Assembly: GCA_964449965.1 (NCBI GenBank)
Contig: CAYVEO010000007.1
Span: forward strand, 1 to 60,472
Source: an uncultured Planctomycetia bacterium
Lineage (GTDB): Bacteria > Omnitrophota > Gorgyraeia > CAYVEO01
Direction of reading: 5' to 3'
DNA: 60,472 nt
Shown: one piece after another, positions 52,017 through 60,472 of the stretch
How the letters are laid out: each line of letters starts with the position of its first letter
How positions within the stretch are numbered: the stretch's first letter is position 1
Notes under the pieces: model-generated
Databases searched by the model: none
What the model was told of the DNA's origin: nothing
Seen by the model: only the letters and a program-made list of their open reading frames with translations
Position numbers and translations under genes: made by a program

Positions 52017-54071
52017 TTATTTTTTCTCTCTATAAGTCTCTAAATCTATTTTTAGTATATTCTTTAGATTCTCGTTTATTTCCTCAGTCAATACAAATAT
52101 AATAGAATCGCCTGAGGGAATTTCTTTTTCTATAAATAACCCCTCCGGGGTTTCAACGGGTTTGAGCCATTTCTCTTCTCTTAAGTCATAGATTTTAAGA
52201 CTGGAATTCTTTATTCTCATACTTGCTAATCTTGGTCCGCCTTTTATTATTCCTCTTTCTCTATTTTCGCTTACTCCCCCTCCTGTAAAGGCTGCATCTA
52301 CCTCTGCACGAGGTTTAGATGCTCCTTTCGTTTTACCCGGGTCCACATGATACCATTTCATGTCATCATTTATTGCGAACAGCATCTTATATCCTTTGCC
52401 TTCTAAGAACCTGAGCACAATATCTTTTGATTCCGTCTCTACGGGCATGTCTTCTCTGAAAATCGTTTTCAATTTCTGGACCTTATCCTCAATTACAGGT
52501 CCTATCGTGCGTCTATCCCTTTTCCCATCAAGACATAACTTATACCACTCATTGAAAGCAAAATCCAGCCGTTTAGCCCCTGGAATATCAATCTCGGTTT
52601 CTTTATCAAGATAAATATCATTGCCTCTCTTTATATGCCCCTCCAGTTTTTTAACTACCGATTTCCTTAACCAATCAACGTCTATTAATATTATATTTTT
52701 ATACCCCTCTATTCTGCCTTCAAGTATATCATCTTCAAATATAATATCTATTGGTATGTTTGCCCTTAAAAAACTGAATATCACCTCTTCCATTCTATGC
52801 CATTGAGACCATGCCTCTATAGGATGGTCAACATACATCTGATTAAAAATTTCTGTTGACCATGAATATAGGACCGCTGTTTCAGCAGGGATTTTTTTTG
52901 ATTGCAGTAAAACTGATCCGTATGTCCCCAGTTCCCCAAATATTTTTTTCATCTCTTGAGTCAATTCAGCCCTTGTGAATGGCGTCCAATCATGGTGCCC
53001 TGCAGCACCAAAACTCCCAATCCCCTTTGCGCCTCCTGAAACAGCCAACCATACCTGCTCCCGCCATACATCTGGAGTTACTACACTCGGTTCACCCTTC
53101 ATTAGACTCTCAGGAAAATCATGCCCCTGAACTGATATCCAGAAATCTTTCCTGCCTTTACTTGCTCTATTAGCCATTTCAGTGGCTAATGCAACAGTTA
53201 ATAACGGATGGTTTTCAGGGTAGATATGTACACTTATTACATCAAATGGTTCCCAGAATTTGGGGTACTCAATACCCACAACCATTACCGGACCGCCACA
53301 TACCTGAGTGCTGTTAATGGTTTTAGGGTTCTTTGCCTTTACAATATACTGCGCCCATGAATAATGTTCCAAAAGGGTATCACTGCGGAATTGATTGAAT
53401 CTTACCCAGATATCATCATCGTTTATTATTCCTTTAGGATATCTCTTTTTGACTTCTTTGTTATTCCATGCAGGGGTATCTATCCCTGTTCTTTTATGGA
53501 AAATTTCTTTACATATCGGGCAATAACAACTTAACCCATCTTCACTCCACCACCCCAGGACTGGTTCATCATCATAATTTAATCCCAAAAAAGACGGATA
53601 TTTGTCTGTTATCTCTAATACCCCTTCCATGTGTTTTATTACAACCTCCTTCTGCTTTGGATTATTCCTGCACGGGAATCTATATTCATTATTATAAGTC
53701 CCTTTAGCATTCAGAACATACATGTCTGGGGTAGCCTCAAAATAACGATAAATATTTGTTGTTATAAAAGACCTTATTCCGTATTCTTCTGCTTTCTTAA
53801 AGAATCTCTCTGCCTTTTCCCTGTTCTTTTCTGTTTGACTTTCACCCCCTATCCTCCAGAATGCACTTACCATATTCATATTGTGTTCTTTAATCCGTTT
53901 AAACTCTTTATCAAAATCCATATCTTGCCTGAGATCGTCAACCTCCATTGCACAGAGTAAAAACCTGGGGAAGAAATTGTTTTTTGTAGTCTCAGCTGCA
54001 CTATAAGCATTAAACCAAACAATAAAAATAGTCATCAATACCACTGAATTAAATATCTTTTTCTTTCTCAT
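52017..54071 (-). CDS. Secreted clan GH-A-like glycoside hydrolase, GH42-like (tentative)
   Basis: 684 aa with a signal peptide MRKKKIFNSVVLMTIFIVWFNAYSA. LNYDDEP (NEP-like acid/base context) and a C-x47-C-x-C-x2-C cluster are reminiscent of the GH42 zinc site. Confidence 0.4.
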   Translation of the reverse strand: MRKKKIFNSVVLMTIFIVWFNAYSAAETTKNNFFPRFLLCAMEVDDLRQDMDFDKEFKRIKEHNMNMVSAFWRIGGESQTEKNREKAERFFKKAEEYGIRSFITTNIYRYFEATPDMYVLNAKGTYNNEYRFPCRNNPKQKEVVIKHMEGVLEITDKYPSFLGLNYDDEPVLGWWSEDGLSCYCPICKEIFHKRTGIDTPAWNNKEVKKRYPKGIINDDDIWVRFNQFRSDTLLEHYSWAQYIVKAKNPKTINSTQVCGGPVMVVGIEYPKFWEPFDVISVHIYPENHPLLTVALATEMANRASKGRKDFWISVQGHDFPESLMKGEPSVVTPDVWREQVWLAVSGGAKGIGSFGAAGHHDWTPFTRAELTQEMKKIFGELGTYGSVLLQSKKIPAETAVLYSWSTEIFNQMYVDHPIEAWSQWHRMEEVIFSFLRANIPIDIIFEDDILEGRIEGYKNIILIDVDWLRKSVVKKLEGHIKRGNDIYLDKETEIDIPGAKRLDFAFNEWYKLCLDGKRDRRTIGPVIEDKVQKLKTIFREDMPVETESKDIVLRFLEGKGYKMLFAINDDMKWYHVDPGKTKGASKPRAEVDAAFTGGGVSENRERGIIKGGPRLASMRIKNSSLKIYDLREEKWLKPVETPEGLFIEKEIPSGDSIIFVLTEEINENLKNILKIDLETYREKK

Positions 54072-54087
54072 TTATCTGTCTCCTCCT

Positions 54088-55338
54088 TTATTTTTCAAAA
54101 ACTGGATTCATTATCCACTTATTATCATCCATTTCTTCATACATCATATCTGCCAGGATATTCCATGAGGCATATCCTGATGCATAAAGCGGTTCGCCTG
54201 TATCAGCATGGTAATTCTCTGTAAATGAACCGATTTTCTTAATGGAAGAAGCAAGGAGATGCACTGCCCTATCAGCAAGATTTCCTGCCTCCTTCTTAAA
54301 CCCATAATATAGAAGTGCATGAAACATAAAATATACCAGCGGTATCCATACAGGGCCCTGCCAGTTTGAGTTTGTCAGTCTATTATGGTTACCAAAGCGT
54401 GGGGGATTACCCCAGATGGCATTATTATAATACTCGCTTGATTTTGACAGACTACGTATGCCGTATGGACTCAAAAAATGCTTTTCGTTTAAGATATATT
54501 GTTCAATCATTGATTCTGCATTTTTCTTATCGGCTATCCTGGCATATAACGGGATTAAATTTGAACATGACTGAAATGCATAATAACCTACGGATTTACC
54601 AAGGGAGGCATCTTCGTAATTAAACTGATGTTTATCAGAACAAAGATTATATGCGGAATAGGAATTCATCCTGCCATACCACAGGATTTTATTGACAGCG
54701 GCACGTAATTTTTTTGCTTTTTTACAAAAAATAGCATGGTCACTTTTTTTATCTAATTTGTACGCCAGAATAGCCGCGGCACGATATTCCAGATATAACC
54801 AGGCATTTATATCTACAGGTATAATTATATCTGGTTGAAAAAAAGTGGTCACCACATCATTATCAAACCCGCTCGTCCATGAGACAGTCCAGCGGAAAAG
54901 ATTATGCGGCGTGCTGAAATTGGTTTCATAATATTTAATATAATGCTTGAGATTGCTGAACTGCCCATTTGCCCATTCTATATCACCGGTCTGAGACAAA
55001 TACATCAATGCCCCCTGCATTAAAAACGGCTGGGCATGAAACCGCGGGGAATTATGCATCGGTCCGTCTTTATAATGTATCACGTTGGGCGTAAAACCAT
55101 CACTGGTCTGGTAATACAGAAGATTGTCAATAAGATATTTAAAATACTCGGGCTTTCCCGAGTAGGCAAACCGCATAGCCATATGGTGATTATCCCAGCA
55201 AAAAATTGCCCCATTATAGAACTTACTGTGTGTAATTGAAAGATATGGGTATGGCAATGCCTTGGCAGAGACTCTTTCTAAAACAGGCATTATCTTTTCT
55301 ATGTGATTGTGGACTATCTTATAATCATTCCTGTTCAT
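54088..55338 (-). CDS. (alpha/alpha)6-barrel glycoside hydrolase, GH63/GH37-like
   Basis: 416 aa. SGFDND, NWQGPVWIPLVYF and TENYHADTGEP motifs are typical of GH63/trehalase-type enzymes. Confidence 0.5.
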   Translation of the reverse strand: MNRNDYKIVHNHIEKIMPVLERVSAKALPYPYLSITHSKFYNGAIFCWDNHHMAMRFAYSGKPEYFKYLIDNLLYYQTSDGFTPNVIHYKDGPMHNSPRFHAQPFLMQGALMYLSQTGDIEWANGQFSNLKHYIKYYETNFSTPHNLFRWTVSWTSGFDNDVVTTFFQPDIIIPVDINAWLYLEYRAAAILAYKLDKKSDHAIFCKKAKKLRAAVNKILWYGRMNSYSAYNLCSDKHQFNYEDASLGKSVGYYAFQSCSNLIPLYARIADKKNAESMIEQYILNEKHFLSPYGIRSLSKSSEYYNNAIWGNPPRFGNHNRLTNSNWQGPVWIPLVYFMFHALLYYGFKKEAGNLADRAVHLLASSIKKIGSFTENYHADTGEPLYASGYASWNILADMMYEEMDDNKWIMNPVFEK

Positions 55339-55364
55339 AAATATTTTTGAGCAAGTCGTATTCT

Positions 55365-56669
55365 CTATCTGGATGCTCCCTGTGTATTTCTTTCCAGAAG
55401 ATTATTCAATCTATTCTCTATCAACTCTAATACTTCATCAATAGACGTATTACCGATAGTGAACCTTTCTAAATTTTCTACTATTATTCGTTCCTGTTCC
55501 CTGTAAGAAATATGGGGATTAACTATAGTCCGGTAGTAACTTTTTGATAATGACAATGACTTTAACATTGCCTTCTTTGCCTTTTCAGGCTTGCTGGAAT
55601 CCGCAAGGTAATAATCCATCTCCTCCCCCTGAAAACGGATGGGAAGAGAATCGCCTACTTCCACCAGAAATTTAATCCTTTCAGGCTCTGTCATAAACCT
55701 GGCTAAATCATATGCCAATCTTGGGTGTTTACTGCCAGCCCAAACACCCAGGGAGAGGTATGCTAAGCGAATGAATCTTTCTTTCCCTTCTGCCTTCGGT
55801 ATAAGCGTTGCGTCCCAGTCTAATTTCCCTTTTCCCTCTTTAATTTTAAATGTAGCCACTTCCCAGCCGTTTCCCCAGTACATAGCCGCTTTACCGAGAA
55901 TGAATGGCTCCCTGGTTCCCTGATTTGCTCTTTCTAAAGGAGTAGGCGAGACCTTGTGCTTGGCATAAAAGTCTTTCCAGAAATTCAATGCTTCCTTTGC
56001 TTCTGGACTATTGATTATACATTTTGTCTTATCCTCATTCCATAACTTACCCCCGTTCTGCAAGATAAGACAAAGCCAATCAGTGCTGGCTATACACCCA
56101 TACTGGATAACCCTGCCCTGTTCGTCCCTGACAGTCAGTTTCCTGGCTGCTTCTAAACAATCCTGCCATGTCCATGTTTCATCAGGATAGTCTAATCCTT
56201 TTTCGTCAAATAGTTTCCTATTATAAAAAAGAATATCAACATTACAATTCCCGGGTAAGGCATAGAGTCTGCCATTCCCAAGATGTGCCTCTATTAAGGA
56301 TGGATAGATGTCCTTGAAATAATCTTTATCTTCTTCATACCACCCTGTCAAATCAGCAAGGGCATTTTTAGAAATATAAGTGCCTAAATCATCCGCAAAG
56401 AACACGTCAGGGGCAGTATTAGAAGCCAACTGAGTCAAGAGTTTGCCCTCGTATCCCCCTGGCACAGGTTCGTATTTAACAATTACATCGGGATGTTTAA
56501 TCTCAAACTTTTTGGATTCTTCGCTTCTAAATTTGTCATAAACCGGATAGCCATAGCCAGACCACCGCAGAATAATTCTGTCTCCCTTATCCTTACCTGA
56601 CTCTTTTGAACAACTGACGATTAAACCAATTATTGTCATCACTGCTAATGTTTGTGCCAATATCCTCAT
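55365..56669 (-). CDS. ABC-transporter sugar-binding lipoprotein (solute-binding family 1)
   Basis: 434 aa. Lipobox LIVSC and an SBP_bac_1 pattern throughout. No permease or ATPase genes are adjacent. Confidence 0.82.
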   Translation of the reverse strand: MRILAQTLAVMTIIGLIVSCSKESGKDKGDRIILRWSGYGYPVYDKFRSEESKKFEIKHPDVIVKYEPVPGGYEGKLLTQLASNTAPDVFFADDLGTYISKNALADLTGWYEEDKDYFKDIYPSLIEAHLGNGRLYALPGNCNVDILFYNRKLFDEKGLDYPDETWTWQDCLEAARKLTVRDEQGRVIQYGCIASTDWLCLILQNGGKLWNEDKTKCIINSPEAKEALNFWKDFYAKHKVSPTPLERANQGTREPFILGKAAMYWGNGWEVATFKIKEGKGKLDWDATLIPKAEGKERFIRLAYLSLGVWAGSKHPRLAYDLARFMTEPERIKFLVEVGDSLPIRFQGEEMDYYLADSSKPEKAKKAMLKSLSLSKSYYRTIVNPHISYREQERIIVENLERFTIGNTSIDEVLELIENRLNNLLERNTQGASR

Positions 56670-56720
56670 TCCACAACTCCTTTTTTAAATATACCTTTAC
56701 GTTGACCGCGGCAATTACTA

Positions 56721-58256
56721 TCATTCCTTTACCGGTTCGTTGATTCCCATTAGTTTATTTAGCCGAAGCAATTCCCTCCTGCTTGCTGCAAAATCATGTA
56801 CTCCTTCATAGACTCCATCATGAGGTGTGCCAGAGTAGTCATTTTTAATGTAAATTCCCTCTGGTAAATCCGGAGGTATCCATGCATTAAACATAAAAGC
56901 GTATATGTTTTTAATACCGCATTTTTTTAGTTTATCAATCTGAAAATTTATATCGTCATAACTTCTGTATGCCCATATCTGAACATATATCTCGTCATTG
57001 TCAACGCCTGAGTTTCTTATTATATCAATTGCTTTCTTAAAACGTTCTTCATAGCCATCCGGAATAAGTGACGCACTGGGATAATCGTTATGCCATTCAT
57101 AAATATATCCATCTTTCTTTACCGTAGCAGGCTCTATCCATCCCCAGGATGAAACAGGATCTGCAGGAGGAACGGGACACCATAAATATACCTTTGTTTT
57201 TGGATATATCTTTTTAAAAGAATCGTATAGATGATTATATGACCAGATGGTCTTTTGAATAATCCAATTATAATATTGGGCATTAGCCTGATGTGTCTCC
57301 CATGTCCATGAAGAGTCACTGGATTCTTCTATATAAATATCCTTATATTTCTCAGCCCACGCCGGAATCTTTTTATCATCAAACCATCCCCCATAGATAT
57401 TCATCGGTTCTTCCTCGTGGAAAGTAACCCCATCAACATTGTTAACCCCGCATTGTTCAATCAGTGTCTTAAATTCTTCTAACTCAACCTGACGAGAATC
57501 TGCATTATAATAGTAGTCTAACGTCCAGCCCATATCCTGTTGTTTTATAACAATAGTTTTAAAAGAAGGCTTTGCCTTTTTTATAGCCTTGATTAAATTT
57601 GCCGTTTCATAAATCCTTGTCCTAAATGCCTGAAAAACAGAGAAATCATAGTTTGCAAATACTCCGGGGTCAGGGTAATAGGCATATGGCGGCATAGTCT
57701 CGTTATTCGCATGAGGACTAACATAAAATCCGTATCTGGTCAAACGTGTTTCAGAAGGTGTGTCTGTTGAGGCGGTAGCGTTATCACTTTCTGAAGACAC
57801 GGGTATGCCAGTTTGAGGTATAGATGGAGGGGCCTTAACAGGCTGGATAAAAGGTTCCACCAGAGTGAATCTTGAAGTTGACGCCTGACCTACTAAATTA
57901 TTATCAGACGCCTGTCTTTCCTGCACGATGATATAATATTCCCCGGCAGTTAAACCGCCGGTACGAAATGATATATCGCTTCCTCCATTAACCACTGGAT
58001 TCTCATCCAATCGGTCAGTAAGTTCCGTATCCACTTCGCCCATTTCTTTAAACGGACGACTCAGCAGACGAGTAGGAACAGTGCTATTGGAAGTAATTTT
58101 TACCTTGACAATAGTCCCAATAGGCGCTTCAACCTTTTTGTCCTTTGCATCCAAATTCCATTCCCAATTCGTGATTTCAGCCACACCCCAAACAGCAAAC
58201 CAGCCAACAAAAACTGTTATCAATAACGCTATAATAAATAACCTTCTTCCTCTCAT
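56721..58256 (-). CDS. Hypothetical membrane-anchored/secreted protein
   Basis: 511 aa. N-terminal hydrophobic anchor, an Ig-like segment, an S/T/P-rich linker and a Trp/Tyr-rich C-terminal domain (possibly TIM-barrel-like). No family recognised. Confidence 0.4.
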   Translation of the reverse strand: MRGRRLFIIALLITVFVGWFAVWGVAEITNWEWNLDAKDKKVEAPIGTIVKVKITSNSTVPTRLLSRPFKEMGEVDTELTDRLDENPVVNGGSDISFRTGGLTAGEYYIIVQERQASDNNLVGQASTSRFTLVEPFIQPVKAPPSIPQTGIPVSSESDNATASTDTPSETRLTRYGFYVSPHANNETMPPYAYYPDPGVFANYDFSVFQAFRTRIYETANLIKAIKKAKPSFKTIVIKQQDMGWTLDYYYNADSRQVELEEFKTLIEQCGVNNVDGVTFHEEEPMNIYGGWFDDKKIPAWAEKYKDIYIEESSDSSWTWETHQANAQYYNWIIQKTIWSYNHLYDSFKKIYPKTKVYLWCPVPPADPVSSWGWIEPATVKKDGYIYEWHNDYPSASLIPDGYEERFKKAIDIIRNSGVDNDEIYVQIWAYRSYDDINFQIDKLKKCGIKNIYAFMFNAWIPPDLPEGIYIKNDYSGTPHDGVYEGVHDFAASRRELLRLNKLMGINEPVKE

Positions 58257-58285
58257 ACGCCTCCCCTTTCTTGTCCCGTGTTATT

Positions 58286-58894
58286 TTACGGCACTATATT
58301 CCCTGCCTGGGTCAGTTCCTCCCTTCCAACTGATTCAACATGGCCATCTGCAAATAAACCGTTGGCATGTCCTGAATGACGGTAATCACACCACCCGGCA
58401 CCTATACCATCCCACTGGTCAAGGGCATCATCTCCACTAAGTCCGATCCCCCTGCCATCTATTACTTCCAGAAAGGTAGTGGTATTTCTTATATCAACAT
58501 CACGGAGTGATGGAGGGGTCCCATCCCTGTTCATACCTTTCATTACGAATACATTAACGTTATACTCGCTACCAGCCGCACCACGGACAGGACATACACG
58601 GAGTTGATTCCTAATCATACTAAAACTTCCTGCATAACCCGTAAGCATGTCAAAATAATCTCTGGTATCACCTGCTGAAGTTATCGGATAGGAGCCGTCA
58701 TAGTCCTGTATATACATGCGAAGTCCCAGTTCAAACTGTCTTAAATTATTCATGCAAGTAATCTTCTTGGCTGACTCCCGAGCCGATTTCAAGGCTGGCA
58801 GCAACAGTGCTGCCAGTATGCTAATAATAGCAATGACGATCAATAATTCTATGAGTGTGAACGATTTTCTATCCAAAATTTTTCTGGTCATCAT
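58286..58894 (-). CDS. DUF1559-type prepilin-like protein (H-X9-DG family)
   Basis: KS|[24 protein letters not shown] prepilin N-terminus, with C-terminal [14 protein letters not shown]. The start is set at Met24; the longest ORF extends to 58963. Confidence 0.8.
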   Translation of the reverse strand: MMTRKILDRKSFTLIELLIVIAIISILAALLLPALKSARESAKKITCMNNLRQFELGLRMYIQDYDGSYPITSAGDTRDYFDMLTGYAGSFSMIRNQLRVCPVRGAAGSEYNVNVFVMKGMNRDGTPPSLRDVDIRNTTTFLEVIDGRGIGLSGDDALDQWDGIGAGWCDYRHSGHANGLFADGHVESVGREELTQAGNIVP

Positions 58895-59020
58895 TGTTTT
58901 ACGCCTTTTGATACCAAGAAAAAACAACGCGAAAGTCCAGTCCTTTATGGAAAGGACTCTCACGTTGTTAATTATATCACTATTATGTACTCAAATCAAG
59001 TTACAAAATCCATCATCCAT

Positions 59021-60472
59021 CTACGGGATAGACACCCGATTGCTCTTTAATCTTACTACTATCCCGCCTCCAGGACTCAAGATTTCACTAAATGATAAAG
59101 TGGATGTTCCAGATAAAGTGATATTGTTACCTGTAAGCACATTATTCGCAGTAACATTACCGTCGCCATACTTATCTACGGCAGTCTTTGGGAATGACAC
59201 AGTTACAGTATCTGAGTTAAAAACGTTCCTGTTAACTGCTATCAAATAGTTATCCCCTCTCGGAACAAAGAAAAACTTGTCCACATAAATGTCCGAAACG
59301 TTAGCAGCATTATTTGTCCCTCCAATATATGCATACTGGTCAGTCTCCGGGACAAAGGTCCCAATCTTATATGTCCGGAATACCATATCCTTGCTTATAC
59401 TAACCGGCACAGGGGTAGTCGGAACAATCTCGGTTGAACTGCCATTATCCCATACCCCAAATTTAAAGGCATTACCCGTAGGAAGAGTAAACCCAGATAT
59501 CACATGGTCAACCTTTACTGTGGCGTATAAATCATATTTCAATCCCGGTTCAAAAGATAAACCATTACCCCACAGCCACCTTATGTTCCAGTCATTATGA
59601 TTATTCTGGGTTTTAGCAGACCATCCATCTGAGGCATCTCCGTCAGTTACTTTAACTGCATTGCCAAGCAGGTCTAACTTAGCCTCCTGAGCGGTTTGTT
59701 TACCTACAAACCAGTATTTGTCAACATAGACATAGGATATATCTGCATTATTTGCTCCTGAAACATATACATACTGGTTAACCCCGGGTGTAAATGTCCC
59801 TATCCTAATATCCTGATACACCATATCCTGAGTAGCACTAGCCGGCACAGGGGTAGTCGGAACAATCTCGGTTGAACTGCCATTATCCCATACCCCAAAC
59901 CTAAAGGCATTACCACCAGGATTAGCTACTGTATGGTCAGCCTTTATCCTTACCCATAGGTCGTAAGATTCGCCTCCGGCAAATCCTGCGCTACCCCATG
60001 TCCACTGTAGATTCCAGCTGGTATCGCTACTTTCCATCTTTGCGGTATAACCATCTGAAGCAGATGTATCGCTTTCTCTTACTGCATTATTGTACAAATT
60101 GAATTGAGAGTCTTGACCAGTTTGTTTGCCAACGAACCAGTATTTGTCAACATAGATGTAGGATATATCTGTATTATTTGGTCCTGAAACATATACATAC
60201 TGGTTAGCCCCAGGTGTAAATGTCCCTATCCTAATATCCTGATACACCATATCCTGAGTGGCGTTAGCAGGTACAGGGGTAGTCGGGACAATCTCGGTTG
60301 AACTACCAGTATCCCATACCCCAAATCTAAAGGCATTCCCACCTGGATTAACTATTGTATGGTCAGCCTTTATCCTTACCCATAGGTCGTAAGATTCACC
60401 TCCGGCAAATCCAGCGTTACCCCATGTCCACTGTAGATTCCAGCTGGTATCGCTACTTTCCATCTTTGCGGT
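59021..60472 (-). CDS. Repeat protein with three or more beta-sandwich (CBM-like?) modules, 5'-truncated by the window edge
   Basis: The ORF is open to the window end. There are 142-aa modules, two nearly identical and one diverged. The last 9 nt of the window repeat 60038-60046, so at least one more unit lies upstream. Confidence 0.6.
   Translation of the reverse strand, partial: TAKMESSDTSWNLQWTWGNAGFAGGESYDLWVRIKADHTIVNPGGNAFRFGVWDTGSSTEIVPTTPVPANATQDMVYQDIRIGTFTPGANQYVYVSGPNNTDISYIYVDKYWFVGKQTGQDSQFNLYNNAVRESDTSASDGYTAKMESSDTSWNLQWTWGSAGFAGGESYDLWVRIKADHTVANPGGNAFRFGVWDNGSSTEIVPTTPVPASATQDMVYQDIRIGTFTPGVNQYVYVSGANNADISYVYVDKYWFVGKQTAQEAKLDLLGNAVKVTDGDASDGWSAKTQNNHNDWNIRWLWGNGLSFEPGLKYDLYATVKVDHVISGFTLPTGNAFKFGVWDNGSSTEIVPTTPVPVSISKDMVFRTYKIGTFVPETDQYAYIGGTNNAANVSDIYVDKFFFVPRGDNYLIAVNRNVFNSDTVTVSFPKTAVDKYGDGNVTANNVLTGNNITLSGTSTLSFSEILSPGGGIVVRLKSNRVSIP
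59195..60472 (-). repeat. Tandem 426-bp coding repeats (units about 60047-60472, 59621-60046, diverged 59195-59620)
   Basis: The exact 426-nt offset was verified at ...TTTCCATCTTTGCGGT (60046 vs 60472). Long identical runs occur between units 1 and 2. Confidence 0.85.

Noticed and set aside
5890-57319. Short minus-strand ORFs nested in other frames of larger minus-strand genes: 5890-6117, 13193-13378, 28632-28862, 32940-33209, 36983-37213, 39575-39805, 41792-42001, 46017-46253, 49414-49596, 50925-51122 and 57134-57319.
   Set aside because: Each is fully contained in a well-supported longer CDS in a different frame, and none has a recognisable motif or an RBS argument.
805-59600. Numerous + strand ORFs of 60-250 aa from the track, for example 805-1080, 4001-4372, 16987-17523, 23541-24194, 34523-35272, 41613-42071 and 58716-59249.
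   Set aside because: All lie antisense to long minus-strand genes with clear family signatures. Their translations are low-complexity and S/L/P/I-rich with no recognisable motifs. They are shadow ORFs.
59195-60472. Whether the regular repeats are a CRISPR array.
   Set aside because: The period is 426 bp, the units are contiguous with no unique spacers, and they maintain one long ORF. These are tandem protein-domain repeats. No CRISPR-like 25-40-bp repeat/spacer pattern occurs anywhere in the window.
1-60472. Mobile-element genes (transposase, integrase, RAYT, phage) that could explain the repeats, the cassette insertion and the GC mosaic.
   Set aside because: No ORF in any frame shows DDE, tyrosine or serine recombinase, HUH/Y1 or phage hallmark motifs that I can recognise. 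The mobility agents, if any, are outside this window.

Overview
This 60.5-kb window is densely coding and looks bacterial, probably from an uncultivated anaerobe. The lineage guess (PVC or Omnitrophota-like) is weak and rests only on a DUF1559 H-X9-DG pseudopilin, Wood-Ljungdahl methyl-branch genes and many GTAG-headed palindromes. Only the first two genes are on the + strand. Everything from 765 to the right edge is on the - strand, mostly with tiny gaps or overlapping start and stop codons.

Blocks from left to right:
1. MNT/HEPN toxin-antitoxin pair.
2. fba plus a partial corrinoid/Wood-Ljungdahl accessory cluster (RACo-type activator, CooC, AcsD, AcsE, DUF166).
3. Aminotransferase and a stand-alone lipoyl-domain protein.
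4. A secreted trio: LolA-like protein, a 1240-aa lipase-like multidomain protein and a TolB-like lipoprotein.
5. Housekeeping genes: LipB-LipA fusion, lpdA, argS, GAF/HD-GYP, rsfS, corA, nadD, proA, panC.
6. An 11-kb type IV pilus/T2SS-like operon: PilP/O-like proteins, PilM-PilN fusion, four minor pseudopilins, a REC protein, two PilT paralogs and a Wzy_C-TPR membrane protein.
7. phoU and a DUF433/DUF5615 toxin-antitoxin pair.
8. A roughly 21-kb glycan and sugar-acid locus: GH38, GH78-like, GH63-like and GH42-like hydrolases, two URO-D-family proteins, DapA-like lyase, transaldolase-like protein, CN-hydrolase, Gfo/Idh/MocA oxidoreductase and a solute-binding lipoprotein. Its GC content is strikingly mosaic.
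9. A DUF1559 pseudopilin and a 5'-truncated gene built from 426-bp tandem repeats.

I found no rRNA, tRNA, CRISPR array, transposase or integrase.

Structure not explained by the genes:
- Several families of short GTAG-headed hairpin (REP-like) repeats sit at gene junctions. One is translated in frame as the LipB-LipA linker.
- A GGGGACnGTCCCC palindrome is inserted in frame in the Wzy_C gene.
- A 137-bp direct repeat (91% identical) brackets a two-gene cassette and leaves a dapA-like 5' remnant.

All functional calls come from motif and family recognition by eye. No database searches were run.
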